Of a DNA stretch of 64,000 nucleotides, positions 1 through 12,278 are shown in pieces. The notes under the pieces were generated by a model, which saw only the letters and a list, made by a program, of their open reading frames with translations, made no database searches and was not told the origin of the DNA. The translations under genes were made by a program, and so were the position numbers. Each line of letters opens with the position of its first letter. Position 1 is the stretch's first letter. Source of the DNA: Cetorhinus maximus (taxonomy: Eukaryota); NCBI RefSeq assembly GCF_964194155.1, contig NC_135916.1, positions 1,860,001 to 1,924,000 on the forward strand, written 5' to 3'.

Positions 1-930
1 GGGATTTTCTCCCCTCAAACCTGTAATGCATATTCCAAGTATAGCTGCTGATTCATGCAACTTGTCGGCATTTGGACAGTGAACAGTGGTAACAGGCAGA
101 GAGTAAGGAGGAGAGTAACCATGTAGGGGTCACGCTTTGGAAGCACCAGCTATTAAGATATAAACATTTTAGCACCGGCTGAGAGCTGGATATTGATATC
201 TGAACTGTCTTTGTATCCTCGGGGAGTGTCACCCTTGGAGCCATACAGATATGGATTGTTTCTGAGTATCACTCAATTGCTTGAAAACTACCAAAGCAGG
301 TTGCTGACGTGGAATCAGACACTGTAGTATTTATTGTATCGTTATGTTTTGCATCTAGATATATATTTTTTTATTTATTGTCAGTTGAAAGATTATGTTG
401 ACCTATTGTCTTTCAATGTCCTCTGCTGATTTTGTGTTACAAGACTTTTGTTTCTTCCTCCAGGCAAATCAATGAAGGGATCAGTTTCAAGCTGATGATA
501 TCCCAGGAAAAATAAACGTCTAGCCACCTCTTTCTAACTGACAGGTACGATGTTACTCCGAGAGTGCGGAGATACAGACAGAACATCAGCTCCACCATCA
601 CCAAGAACAGAAATAGTCAGGCTCAAATTGATCTCAAACCCAGGTACAAATGCTCCATCCAATGGTCAGACACTCAGGGGAGGTGGAATAATTTTACCAC
701 AGTACACTCCTACTCAGTACTGCTGAATTGCAGGTCCACCAATTGCAGTCAACAATCACAGCCATTATCAGATTGAAGGGCAGCCCATTCATGTCACAAG
801 AGTAGAACATCGCCTGCAATTTAAATACCAGGTATTAAAACTGATTGAAATTTACAGGATTAATCCTTGAGTGCACCCAGCATTCATAAAGCAACACCAT
901 AAATTCAACACCAAAGATCCCATATAATAT

Positions 931-1556
931 CTTTTTTTAAATTCATTCACGGGATGTTTGCTTTTCTGGCTGTGCCACCATTTAGTTGCCCTTGAGAAGG
1001 TGGTGGTGAGCTGCTTTCTTGAACTCCTGCTGTCCACGTGGTGTAGGTACACCCACAGTGCTGTTAGGGAGGCAGTTCCAAAATTTTTCCCCAGCGACAG
1101 TGAAGGAACAGGATATATTTCCAATTCAGGATCGTGCAGTGACTTGGAGGGGAAATTCTAGCTGGAGGTGTTCCCATCTACCTTCAGGGTCGACAGGGCT
1201 GAATTTAGTCATTTTTGTTTCCGGTGCCTCAGTCAGTGTCGGGTGGTCCATCTGATTCCATTCCATTTTTGTGACTTTTTAGCAGTTTATTACAAGTGAG
1301 TGGCCAAGTGGGTCTAACACAACACCACATGTAGACCAGACTAAGTAAGGACAACAGGTTTCCGGCATTGGTCAACCAGGTGGGTTCTTACAACAATCGA
1401 CAATGGTCACCATTATTCTTTTAATTCCAGATTTTTATTGAATTCACAATCCGCCAAACCTCGGCAGGATTCGAACCCGGGTCCCCAGAGTATTACCCTA
1501 GGTCTTTGGATTAATAGTGACAACAATGACAACATCACAACACCATCGCCTCCCCC
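931..1556 (-). mobile_element. tRNA-derived SINE / L2-like 3' end composite
   Basis: Minus strand has a tRNA-like head with B-box GGTTCGAATCC (~1467-1477) and an A-rich tail at ~932. The segment is absent from the paralogous spacer at ~19458. Confidence 0.65.
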
Positions 1557-3084
1557 TGATAATGATAAAGTACATATTCATTAAGACAGACACACATACA
1601 CATCACGTGCCAGGTCAATATACTCACTAATAGTTATATCAACAGATCTCTACAAACAAGATAGGTTAAACCTTAACTGACAAAGCAGATATTGACAAGT
1701 ACGGCAAATAACATTACAGCTTTGTCATAGGAGAGACTGACAGATACAGAAGAAACCTGAATTCCCATGACAGGGGCAGATGCTTACATTGTAAAACCAC
1801 AGACACATACCAGCGATAGAAAGGTGTAGAATAAAATCAAGTTTCCCATAACAGAATTTGAAAAATAGGAAGAAAATGGATACCCAGAAAGCAGACGTTG
1901 ATAGCTACGGTAAAATCACACATGAACATGCATCAAAATCTGTAGGTTTGGGTTGAGGGGTTGTGGGGAGGGAGCGAATGGTCCATGCTCACACACTAAA
2001 TTGAATGCTGCAATGTGAACATCACAATCAAGTAATACAGGCTGACATGTTCACAGCAAAACCGACCATGACCTACAAGGTGCATACAGACCTGGAGGAA
2101 AGACAATACTCACATACAAGAATATGATAAGCATAGGGCACATTCTCATTCTGGGGATTGAAAGCAAATAATTAAATTCTCATTCATTTAAAATAGCCTA
2201 AGTGTTTCAACATATTTTTTTTTCCATGCTCATATTTCTGACCCTGAGCCAAACAACAGGAAAATGAATCAAACTGACATATCACAGAATTACAGATACA
2301 GAATAAAATCTGCACATCTATATACCAGTAACTGAGAGTTAAGTAGTAAAATTTGCTTTACATGTCAGCAACAGTGAATGCAAAATGCATCCTCACATGT
2401 CAGGCACTGGCAGGTGCAGAGTAATAGCCACAAGTGCATTACAGAGAGTTAAATACCCAGAGTAAAGCTGTACGGCTCACAAAAAAATATCTGCACTGAA
2501 TAGTAATAGTATTGAAACACCTCAAAAGTGCAACATGATGTATGTTGATAACTCCAATATCATTGCGCTGTCTGACTGCCTGTAATGACCATATTGAATT
2601 GATTGTAATATTCATTGATTGTATTGAAGCAACTCTTGATCCATGTGTAAAAGTTGAATCTGATTGCACTTTTTGTGATGGCGATTTAGAAATGTTCTTT
2701 CAGATAATTTTTGAATAAAGTATATATTTTTTAAAAAAACCCATAATTAATTCCAAACATCTATAAAAGAAAAAAGTCACACAGCAGCAAATAACTAGGT
2801 GCATTTTAAAATCCCCATTCATAGACAGGTAAAGAATAAGACTCGTAGTAACATGTTAAAAAGTGACAGATACAGGGTGAACTGACATTCGCATAGCATT
2901 CTATGTAAAGTGCAGAAAAAATAAATTTCTTCCATTCTAGAAACATGCACATGTGCACACACGCACACCAAATTCTACATTGAAACCCTGTCAGAATAGA
3001 AGTGAAACATATTTGTCAGACATTGGCAGGTGATCAGTGATGCCATATTCACTTGTTGGAAATTAACACGTACAGGGGGAGGAA

Positions 3085-3320
3085 GAAACACCAACAATGC
3101 AGGAAATACTCAGCAAGGAAGCCAACACCTGTGGAGACAGGATGAGAGTGAACATGACAGTTCAATGACCTTTTCTGATATCAGAATTTTCAGGTGGAGG
3201 GTAATTCAGCTCCTGTCTCCACAGATGTTGTCTGGCCTGCTCAGTATTCCCAGCAATTGTGTTTCCTTTTTCTTGAGATTTCAAGAATCCACCTGTAGAT
3301 ATTTTGTTTTTGCTTTTGCT
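3085..3320. mobile_element. Old fold-back Penelope-like terminal fragment
   Basis: ctgtggagacagga ... tcctgtctccacag inverted pair. Resembles the PLE termini at 54000-54250. Also present at ~20125-20350 and ~38420-38650. Confidence 0.5.
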
Positions 3321-3887
3321 ACAGATTATAAACATTCCTTCATGTCAAAATCTGACAATTGCAAAGCAAATCCCATATTCAGGCACCAAATTAAACAGAT
3401 TCTGATCAAAAAGGATCGTTCACCTCATTAGAAAGAGACAATAACAGAATGGAATATATCACTCCTATAACAGAGATATCAATCCCAAACAGAAACAAAT
3501 CAGGACTGATTAAAATCCACAATCGTAGATCAGATACTGAAATTCACAGTAAATGCAGAGTCTCATTAAAAATGCTAACTTTAACAAAAGTAAAAATCAT
3601 GCTCACATCAGAGGCTAGAAACGAGCAGACAATTTCAGTACCAGAATCTCATATCTAAAAGGGTCAGGTACAGGTAAAATGTGCACTTCCATACCAGAAG
3701 CCGAATATTACAACTTAAAGCCAAGGCTATCCTAAGAGAAAGGCTAAAACTGGATATGTACAAAATTAGCCTTTAACACCATGCCAGATACTTGTGAGTG
3801 CCAGTCAATGTGCACAAGTACATATTGAAAAATGACAGATAGAGAGAAAAGTCCATTCACACATAAGAGAGACAAAAGGAGCATAAA

Positions 3888-4075
3888 CAGGCACACACAC
3901 CCACACACAAGGACAGGCACACACACACAGACAAGCGCATACACAGACAGGCACGCAAAGAGACAGACAGGCGCACACACACAGGGAGGCACACACATCC
4001 ACACACAAGGACAGGCGCACACACACACCCGCACACACACAGACAGGCGCACACACACAGACAGGCTCACACACA
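3888..4075. repeat. CA-rich minisatellite (acaggc(g/a)cacacac units)
   Basis: Directly visible. A shorter copy is at ~39218-39330. Confidence 0.85.
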
Positions 4076-5562
4076 GTTCAACAATCACACAATGACATAA
4101 CTTTACTGAGAGAATCTGAGTAAATCTTAGAATTTCTTTACAAGAGACGAATGATTAAAGAATATATGTGACACATACAGAAAAAAAATCTGAAACGTTT
4201 ATGGTATTTCCTCATTTTCATGTCAGAGACCGGGAATAAGACTCAAACACATGTTTACATTTTAAAAACTGAAAAAAAAAGTGTATATTCACATTAACTT
4301 AGCAGACACGTAACAAAACAGTCAAATGCCAAGTAAGCCCAACACACACATTCAAACTCACATGCCACAAACTGACAGAGGGAGAAAAAAAAGTCACTTG
4401 CAAGTAATGAAGTGCTACAAAGTAATGCTCATACACCAGATATTCACAGGGACAGTGTAACACCAGCACTCACTTACCAGTAACTGACAGGTACCATGGC
4501 AAAGTCACATTTTAGCCTCTGAGAAATTAATAAATACAACTGGAGGAGAAAAACTAATCATACTCACATACCTGAAAATGCACACAATTATACAGAACTT
4601 ACACTCATTATCTAAAAGAAAACTGGAAAATAGAGAATGAAACACATCTTATGCTAAAAAAAAAAGACATGGATGGATTTTTTAAAAAGTCATTCACTCA
4701 CAACAAAATTAACGTGCAGTGTAATTGCAAATACAGCCTGAGAGTTACAGACCAACATCACACTTCCATTCCAGAGAAAAAAATATATTTGATACAAGTT
4801 AAAATACCTAAATGTATCCCAGTGACTTTACATGCAATTCATAGAATTAATTGCAGAAAAGAAGGGGATCCTAATTCAAATAAGATGACAAAATAATCTT
4901 ATCACCCATGTGTTATGAAAGTGAAATTCAGCCTCATTTTTTAAAATGGAAACATTACTCAAATAATAGTACAGGCCTGCAAATTAATAAATTAATATGG
5001 AGTGGAAACAATAGTAAACATAAAATGGTTGAAAGGATCAATTTAAAAAGAAGTGAACAAATCTCAGCTCACAAACAATGCTATGCATTGACAGATGAGG
5101 CTAGTAACTAAGGTGGATACATAATAGTGATAACTATAAAAGTTATAACATAAGCAAGATGAAAAGTGAGCTTGTTCCAACACAAGGTAGGTGCAGCATC
5201 GCTCACAGAGAACAGAGATGCTGCCAGGTCATTATGTCCACTGTCACAAATAAATAATCATTCATTCCCACACTGTTTCAAAGGGAAGAGACAACTGTTC
5301 AATCCAAGAGACAAACAGATCCGGTGAGTCTTCATTAACTTGCTTTATATATCCATCTAGCATCTAATCCAGCAGAATATCAAAGGATTAACAGAATACA
5401 CAACAAATATCATATTCACTCTTTCATTCTCATCAGATATTATTTAACTGCTCTTAGCCAGAACAGAAAATAAGATAGCTCACTGTAAGGTACTTAATAA
5501 AACGCAAAGCAGTGCCTCAGAATTTAGACAGGGCTATATATTTCATAGCAGTCTAACAAAAT

Positions 5563-6043
5563 ATTCACCAGGATGTTGCCTGGGATGAAACATTGAAGTT
5601 ATGAAGAGAGGTTGGATAGGCTTGGGTTGTTTTCGTTGGAGCAGAGAAGACTGAGGGGCGACCTGATCGAGGTGTACAAGATTATGAGGGGCATGGACAG
5701 GGTGGATAGGGAGCAGCTGTTCCCCTTGGCTGAAGAGTCAGTCACGAGGGGGCGTAAGTTCAAGGTGAGGGACAAGAGGTTTATGAAGGATGTGAGGAAC
5801 AAATTTTTACCCAGAGGGTGGTGACGGTTTGGAATGCGCTGCCTGGGAGGGTGGTGGAGGCGGGTTGCCTCACATCCTTTAAAATGTACTTGGATGAGCA
5901 CTTGGCACATCATCACATTCAAGGCTATGGGCCAAGTGCTGGTAAATGGGATTAGGTAGGTAGGTCAGGTGTTTCTCACGTGTTGTTGCAGACTCGATGG
6001 GCTGAAGGACCTCTTCTGCACTGTGTGATTCTGTGATTCTATG
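5563..6043 (+). mobile_element. CR1 LINE 3' fragment
   Basis: ORF fragment LGLFSLEQRRLRGDLIEVYKIM (CR1 RT C-terminus) and (GATTCTRT)n tail. Confidence 0.88.
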
Positions 6044-8199
6044 AAAAGCTCTGCATGAATAAAGGTACAATGGTAATTCCTTGACTACAAACTGCATCAA
6101 TTACATGTGAGGCTATATAGTTGATTGAAGGGGATGCAGCAATCACAATTGTTTTCACAGAGCTACAAATTGAGCACCATTCTTGAACTCCGATGCAACT
6201 ACAGAATATAACCTATGGCTATAACATTGGTAGAACCCATGTTATAGGTTAAACCAAAAATGGGCAGACATGTTCAATACAACATTCAAACACGACAGGG
6301 GAGACAGAATATTATCCCCAATTCACACTCATTGAGTGTCACAGAATGGTAGGCCCATCAATCTTATCCAAAAACATTTTCAGATTGCAAGACAATCCAT
6401 TCCTTTCACAAGAGTGGAGTCTTAGCTTTAAATCTGTGCATTTCAATCAGCTGTATATGTGAAGCTAAGAATGTACCCAGACGCCCCACAGAACAACATA
6501 TTAAATTCCACACCAAAGATCTCATACAATATCTGAAATAAAGGTAAAATATAATTTTAATGAATACAGACCTTAATACACAACACGTGCCATATCAATA
6601 TTCTCACTAAGAATCATAATGTAAGTTCTCTGAACACTTCTTGTTTACCCTTAGCACTTACTCTTGGAAAGCACCAAGGCTGAAAGATAAATAATGAACC
6701 CCACATTCACTTAGCCTACCTGAAACTGAAGTATACCAAAATAATCTCATTCATATAGAATCATAGAGGCCATAACATTATAGAAATAACTCCACAAACA
6801 CATACCTTACCGGACGCTGTCATGTACAATTTAATCCCAAAATCATGCATTGTACCAGGCACTGAAAGACATGCAGAGAGTGGCACATTCCCATGCAATA
6901 GCAGATGCAGGGATAATTTGAATGAATCACACTCACTGTCAGCTAAATGAGTGAATACACACTCCATCAATTTAAGGGACTAATAAATATAGAGCAAGAA
7001 ACTAACAATATATTGGGAAGCAATGCATTATTCAACCACAGGGAATTAAATGGAGAGCAGGAGCCACAGACATACACAAATCTTTTTAGAAAAGTCTTAA
7101 GGACGCAGAGCCAAAAACCCACAATGACATAAAATTGCCCAGATTGACTGACACACAAAAAAAATATTGCTCTCAAACAGCTTGGCTGGATCCGTATCAA
7201 CTTCATTCTCACATTTAGTTCCAGATATTGACAGATTCAGATGGAATCCCTCTCACGGATAGTACCAGAAAATATTGCAGATAGAATGAATGCACTCTTC
7301 CATACATAGCAGGTACAGAGTCCTACACAGAGGGCAAAATGTATTCATCCACATACAATACAACACACTGGTGGGTACAGGATTAATTCAACTCTATCAC
7401 AGTATTCAACTAAGTGAAAACACATAATAAAACACACAATTCATCAATTCTTAACAGATATGGTGAAAGAAAAAAACGAATTCAATGCCCACAGTGTCCA
7501 AAATTTACATTTAGAGTATTAATTCTGCAGCCATTTCCAGAACCACAACAGGCACATAACAAAGGTTAGCAAGATTCATACACAGCACCAGAGGCTGATA
7601 CATACAGAAGGAATATGACACTTATACACAGTCAACAACTGATAAGTCCTGATTAAAATCCATGTTCACATGCTACATTAAAAAGTTGAAAAGTGAGCAT
7701 CATATTCAAAGAACGGACAATGATATACAAGGTGCAGAGAGTCCTAACAAAAGCCCATATTCACATGCCAGAATCTGTTGAACATAGACTAAGAGGACTG
7801 GAAAAACGGTCCGAGATTAAACCCGAATGGATTCCGGATTTTAATAGCCAATTTGGGGCTTGTGATCAAATATGATATAGTGCAATAAGGGAGACCAATC
7901 TTTTAAACTATGGAAATGACTGTGTTATATGTTAAGGCAATATTCTGTATCAAATTACTTATTCGTTTTACACACGTTTCGTCGGGCTTTTCAATGTTCA
8001 ATAAAACAAAGGCTCGGTTCCTGCAAAATTGGCGCCTTTAATTTCTGCTTCATGTCAGATACATGAAACTCCGCACTCAAAAGTCAGAAACTAACAGATA
8101 CAGGTAAACTGCAGGATGTCCAAAAGTTGGAGAGAATTGGGTGAATCGCGCATTGTTATAATTTAAAAAGGGAATTAGCTATTACGATTTTTGTGCCGT

Positions 8200-8420
8200 A
8201 TTTTTTTGGCGGTCTTGCAAATTTGAAATATATAATGGGTCGGTAACTGACGATTTGGCGCCATTACTTTCGGACGTCAACCACGTGACGGCTCCACGTT
8301 GGTGAATCATGCAGGGATCTGATTGGTAATAGGAAGAACATTAGCAGCTGTAATAAAATGGACCAATAAGCATTGACCGCACCGCCATTCCTCCCGAAGG
8401 TATAAAATGAGTGAATGCGT
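8200..8420 (+). promoter_or_regulatory. Orphan H2A-type promoter (E2F, CCAAT pair, TATAAAA 8401-8407) with no CDS
   Basis: Colinear similarity to 25720-25915, which lies upstream of the intact H2A. Confidence 0.7.
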
Positions 8421-8640
8421 GGATCCTCCACATTGGTCACTCAAACAGAGATCTGACTGATAACGTGCAGAAGCCAATGGGATGTGTGTTTTCCTCAATT
8501 GTCACTACTTGGGAAAACGTTCCTGGAATAATAAAATAACCGTCTCTCCAAAGCCCAACAAAGGCAGCAAAGGAAAGGTATAGGGTGAAAAAAAATGGAA
8601 ATTATATGCAGAAGAGGTGGCGTCTTTTAACAATAGATCG

Positions 8641-8681
8641 CAGCTCTTTCTCTGACCGACTTGGTGGCTCTTAAAAGAGCC
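8641..8681 (-). terminator. H3 3' stem-loop (8666-8681) and HDE AAAGAGCTG
   Basis: GGCTCTTTTAAGAGCC on the minus strand followed by a purine-rich HDE. Confidence 0.95.
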
Positions 8682-8724
8682 TTTGTGGTTCTCGGGGTAA
8701 GTCTAGAGTCGGGTAGGGTTCAGT

Positions 8725-9192
<468 letters not shown>

Positions 9193-9345
9193 CTATTTAA
9201 GACATGTCCGTCACCTCCCTCCTGTCCTGATTGGATGCAGCGCAATCCCGCCCAGAAATTTGAAAAGAGCAGCGGGCTGCATGGATTTCAGGGCCCTGAT
9301 TGGTGGAGCAGAAACTGACAGTTCATCAATTTCAAAATGCCCGCC
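9193..9345 (-). promoter_or_regulatory. H3 promoter: TATA-like TTAAATA, two CCAAT boxes, CDE/CHR-like GGCGG-N4-TTTGAA
   Basis: attgg at ~9229 and ~9299. ttcaaaatgcccgcc at 9331-9345. Confidence 0.75.
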
Positions 9346-10422
9346 AATTTCAGAGGGACGAGTAACTGAAATTAAAAATAAACCTAGTTTGAATGCTGAT
9401 AACATCAATCTGAATGGACAAATATCACAAGGTCTCTATGTTTTCGAGCCCCATTTCGGTCCCAGCTCCGACTTCCTGCTTTCGAACACGGACTAAATTC
9501 TCATTCATTCCCTGATCGGTTTACAGCAGGCTGGTTTAAAACTTCTATTGATGGGCGGAATTTTGGACTCCCGTATAAACCTGATCAACGTTATCGGTTT
9601 ATTCATGTCAAAGCCCTATAGGTGTTATAGAGAGAATGGCTTGGCTCTTGTTTCTAGTGTTTTTTGGCTGGGGGAGGCGATGTGGGTGGGCGGATTGCGC
9701 ACACTTTCTGTAAATCAAGTTTATCTCGAAGTTTATATATTTGAACTATCTTCCACAATGTGCGTAAATGCATCTTCGCAGTGCAAACCATGCACCAAAA
9801 TCAGAGCTTCCACTTCACCCTTCCGTCCGTCCTGGGTTGCAGAATCGAGGTGATAAAGTGTCGTCATATTTTTCAATCAGCCTCTCAATATTCGCCTTAC
9901 ATTCCCGCTTAAATTTGGGTTATTTCATTGATCGCCCTGATACAGGCCAGAATAAATCTGTTCAGTGCTCCCAGGAACCAGACAACATGCTGCATCGATA
10001 CAGGCTGATCCATTTAACGCTCGTATTCTGGTACCTCCCAGACCCTGTCATGTCTCAACGACCCAGGAACAGATGGCGAAGAAAGAAGACAGGGTGTAAA
10101 CAGTGCGAACAAGCGAGAATGATAGATCCCAAAATAGTTACTCCTGATCAAAGTGTAATAAATGATGGCCTTTATCTTGTGAACTCGGTGTTAGTTTGGG
10201 AGCTGTCGTGTTCCTCAGTCAAGCTTTGAATCGAGATTCGGCAGGTATAAAGGAAGCGAATTCCTGAAAACCGAACTAAATTAAACCATGAAACTTGTGT
10301 GACTCACGATCATATTGTTAATGGAAAATGCGCAGATAGAAACGCTGTGTGTTTATATAAAACTACATATCGCTTTCCCTCTCCCGCTCGAAGGTCACTG
10401 CTCTCAATGTGAGGTTGTGGGC

Positions 10423-10438
10423 GGCTCTTAGAAGAGCC
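10423..10438 (-). terminator. H4 3' stem-loop
   Basis: GGCTCTTCTAAGAGCC. Confidence 0.93.
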
Positions 10439-10471
10439 TTTGGGTTTTGTTATAGAGTCGGGTCGATTTGT

Positions 10472-10792
<321 letters not shown>

Positions 10793-10837
10793 TCAGTCAA
10801 ATCGCTGCTGAATGAGTGGGGAGCTGCTTCACGTTCC

Positions 10838-10910
10838 GCTTTTATACAGCCCGCCCCGACCTGACTGAGGAACGGAGAGTGAGAGAGAGAGAGAGAGAGA
10901 GTGTGTGTGA
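10838..10910 (-). promoter_or_regulatory. H4 promoter (TATAAAA, GC box, TCAGGTCG site-II-like motif) plus GA/GT microsatellite
   Basis: Minus strand reads cagtcaggtcggggcgggctgtataaaagc. The same motif precedes all three H4 genes. Confidence 0.75.
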
Positions 10911-11701
10911 AAGGCGGGCCGGGAGAGACTGAGTGACAGACAGAACAACCTCTTTGGTAAACCAGCTCCTCCTCCTGCCGACCCGAAATACATTTATTTA
11001 TCAAATTCTGAAGAGAATTGAACAAAGAGCTTTAAACGTAACTGAAATACTTCAACATCATTAACTCGAAAATCGAATTTATTCAATCCAATCCTCTCAG
11101 TAATATCCCGCCCCCACACACCCCCCCCACCCCCCCCACCCCCACCCCACCCCACCCCACCACCTCGATAAACGTAACTGAAACCAGCTGGTTAGAAAAT
11201 CGTGGGTTAAAAATCCAATCCTCTCAGTAATATCCCCGCCCCCCTCGATACTGCAATTCTATTAAGCGTCAAATGTTTGCATCTATTTCAATCCCTCTCC
11301 TATTCTATACCAACACAACTCTAGACTCGCCCCCGACCTCTCCCCTCCAGAATGAAATAAAGGGATTGAGAAATTCGCTAACATTTCTTCCAATAAAATT
11401 AGAGAAACAACAGGTATGGGCCTTAGTTGTGAGGCGGAATTTTGAGCGATGCTCACTCCATTGCAGACTCTCACCCTGAAAATGTGAATGAAGTAAAGAT
11501 AAACATTGAATACACTCGGACACATCCCGGTTAGGGAGCTGTAAGGATATCCCTGTGTCTTATTGCACAGTGCGGGAGGGGACGGGTGGAGAGTGTGTCA
11601 GTGACTGAGCGGGAAAATAGGATTTACGTGGAAGGATAAAGAAACATTTCCATCTAAAAACTGCTCCCAGCGCGGAGACAGGGATTAAATGATCAGGGGA
11701 T

Positions 11702-11787
11702 CAGCTCTTTCATGTGAAATGTGGGTGGCTCTGAAAAGAGCCTTTGGGTTTAGAGGTTTACAATTTGCTCGGGATCTTTCCCTTCTT
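11702..11787 (-). pseudogene. H1: Orphan H1 3' end (HDE, stem-loop 11727-11742, 3'UTR); CDS deleted
   Basis: Identical to 14852-14937, then switches abruptly to inverted H1-upstream sequence. Confidence 0.88.
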
Positions 11788-12268
11788 CCAATGCCTCAGA
11801 GTATTTAAAGTTAGCTGAATTCACAATCGACAGCAAATAAATAGAAATCGGAGCAAAGATCGAAAAGAGAAGGAAATCTCTACCGAGACATTCACAATTG
11901 TTCATCTTGTTGCCAATGAACCTTTAAATGTGAACATTGTGTAAGAGAGTGTTTGAAGTGGGCGGGAGAGTCAGAGGAATGAAACTGTGTTTGTGTGTCC
12001 GCTCTGATCAGGAAATTTCCGAGCCCCGCTTGGGTAAGGTTAAAATATTTTCCAAAGAAATACACCCCCTGCTCCCCAGCTTAACCCCAAAGTGAGATTT
12101 CAAGACAATTTCTTTGTTGTTTTCAAGATTTCGGTCTAAAAGTAGAGGTCATGTCAGCGATCGGTTGAAGAAGCCGCTGTAAATCAGGTTTAAATCGAAA
12201 TGGGAGTCTTCAATTCGCGTGAAATATTTTCGACAGCGAACATTACAGTGTTAGAGATAAGAAGGATT
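11787..12268 (-). repeat. Inverted copy of H1 upstream region (cf. 15820-16288 and ~32075-32554)
   Basis: Reverse-complement match, e.g. gtaagagagtgtttgaagtgggcggg vs cccgcccacttcaaacactctcttac. Confidence 0.9.
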
Positions 12269-12278
12269 TATAAGAAGG

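Larger units (their letters stand above)
1600..8120. repeat. Degenerate ~40-41 bp tandem repeat array (spacer), interrupted by TEs
   Basis: Successive units such as ccagatattcacagggacagtgtaacaccagcactcactta / ccagtaactgacaggtaccatggcaaagtcacattttagcc (~4436-4517) and 40-41 nt units at ~1730-1930. Confidence 0.65.
1..8685 (+). repeat. Segmental duplication, direct paralog of 35327..43939
   Basis: Position 1 gggattttctcccctcaa matches 35327. The two blocks are colinear and highly similar up to the H3 stem-loop, and share SINE and CR1 insertions. Confidence 0.93.

Noticed and set aside
1460-1556. tRNA gene
   Set aside because: A B-box is present but there is no cloverleaf. The context indicates a SINE head.
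1600-8120. CRISPR-like repeat-spacer array
   Set aside because: The units are contiguous and degenerate with no invariant repeat, there are no cas genes, and the context is eukaryotic.
8691-8702. 12-nt identity ctcggggtaagt between the H3 3'UTR antisense strand and the conserved element
   Set aside because: Too short to imply homology, and altered in the second H3 copy (ctcggtgtaagt).
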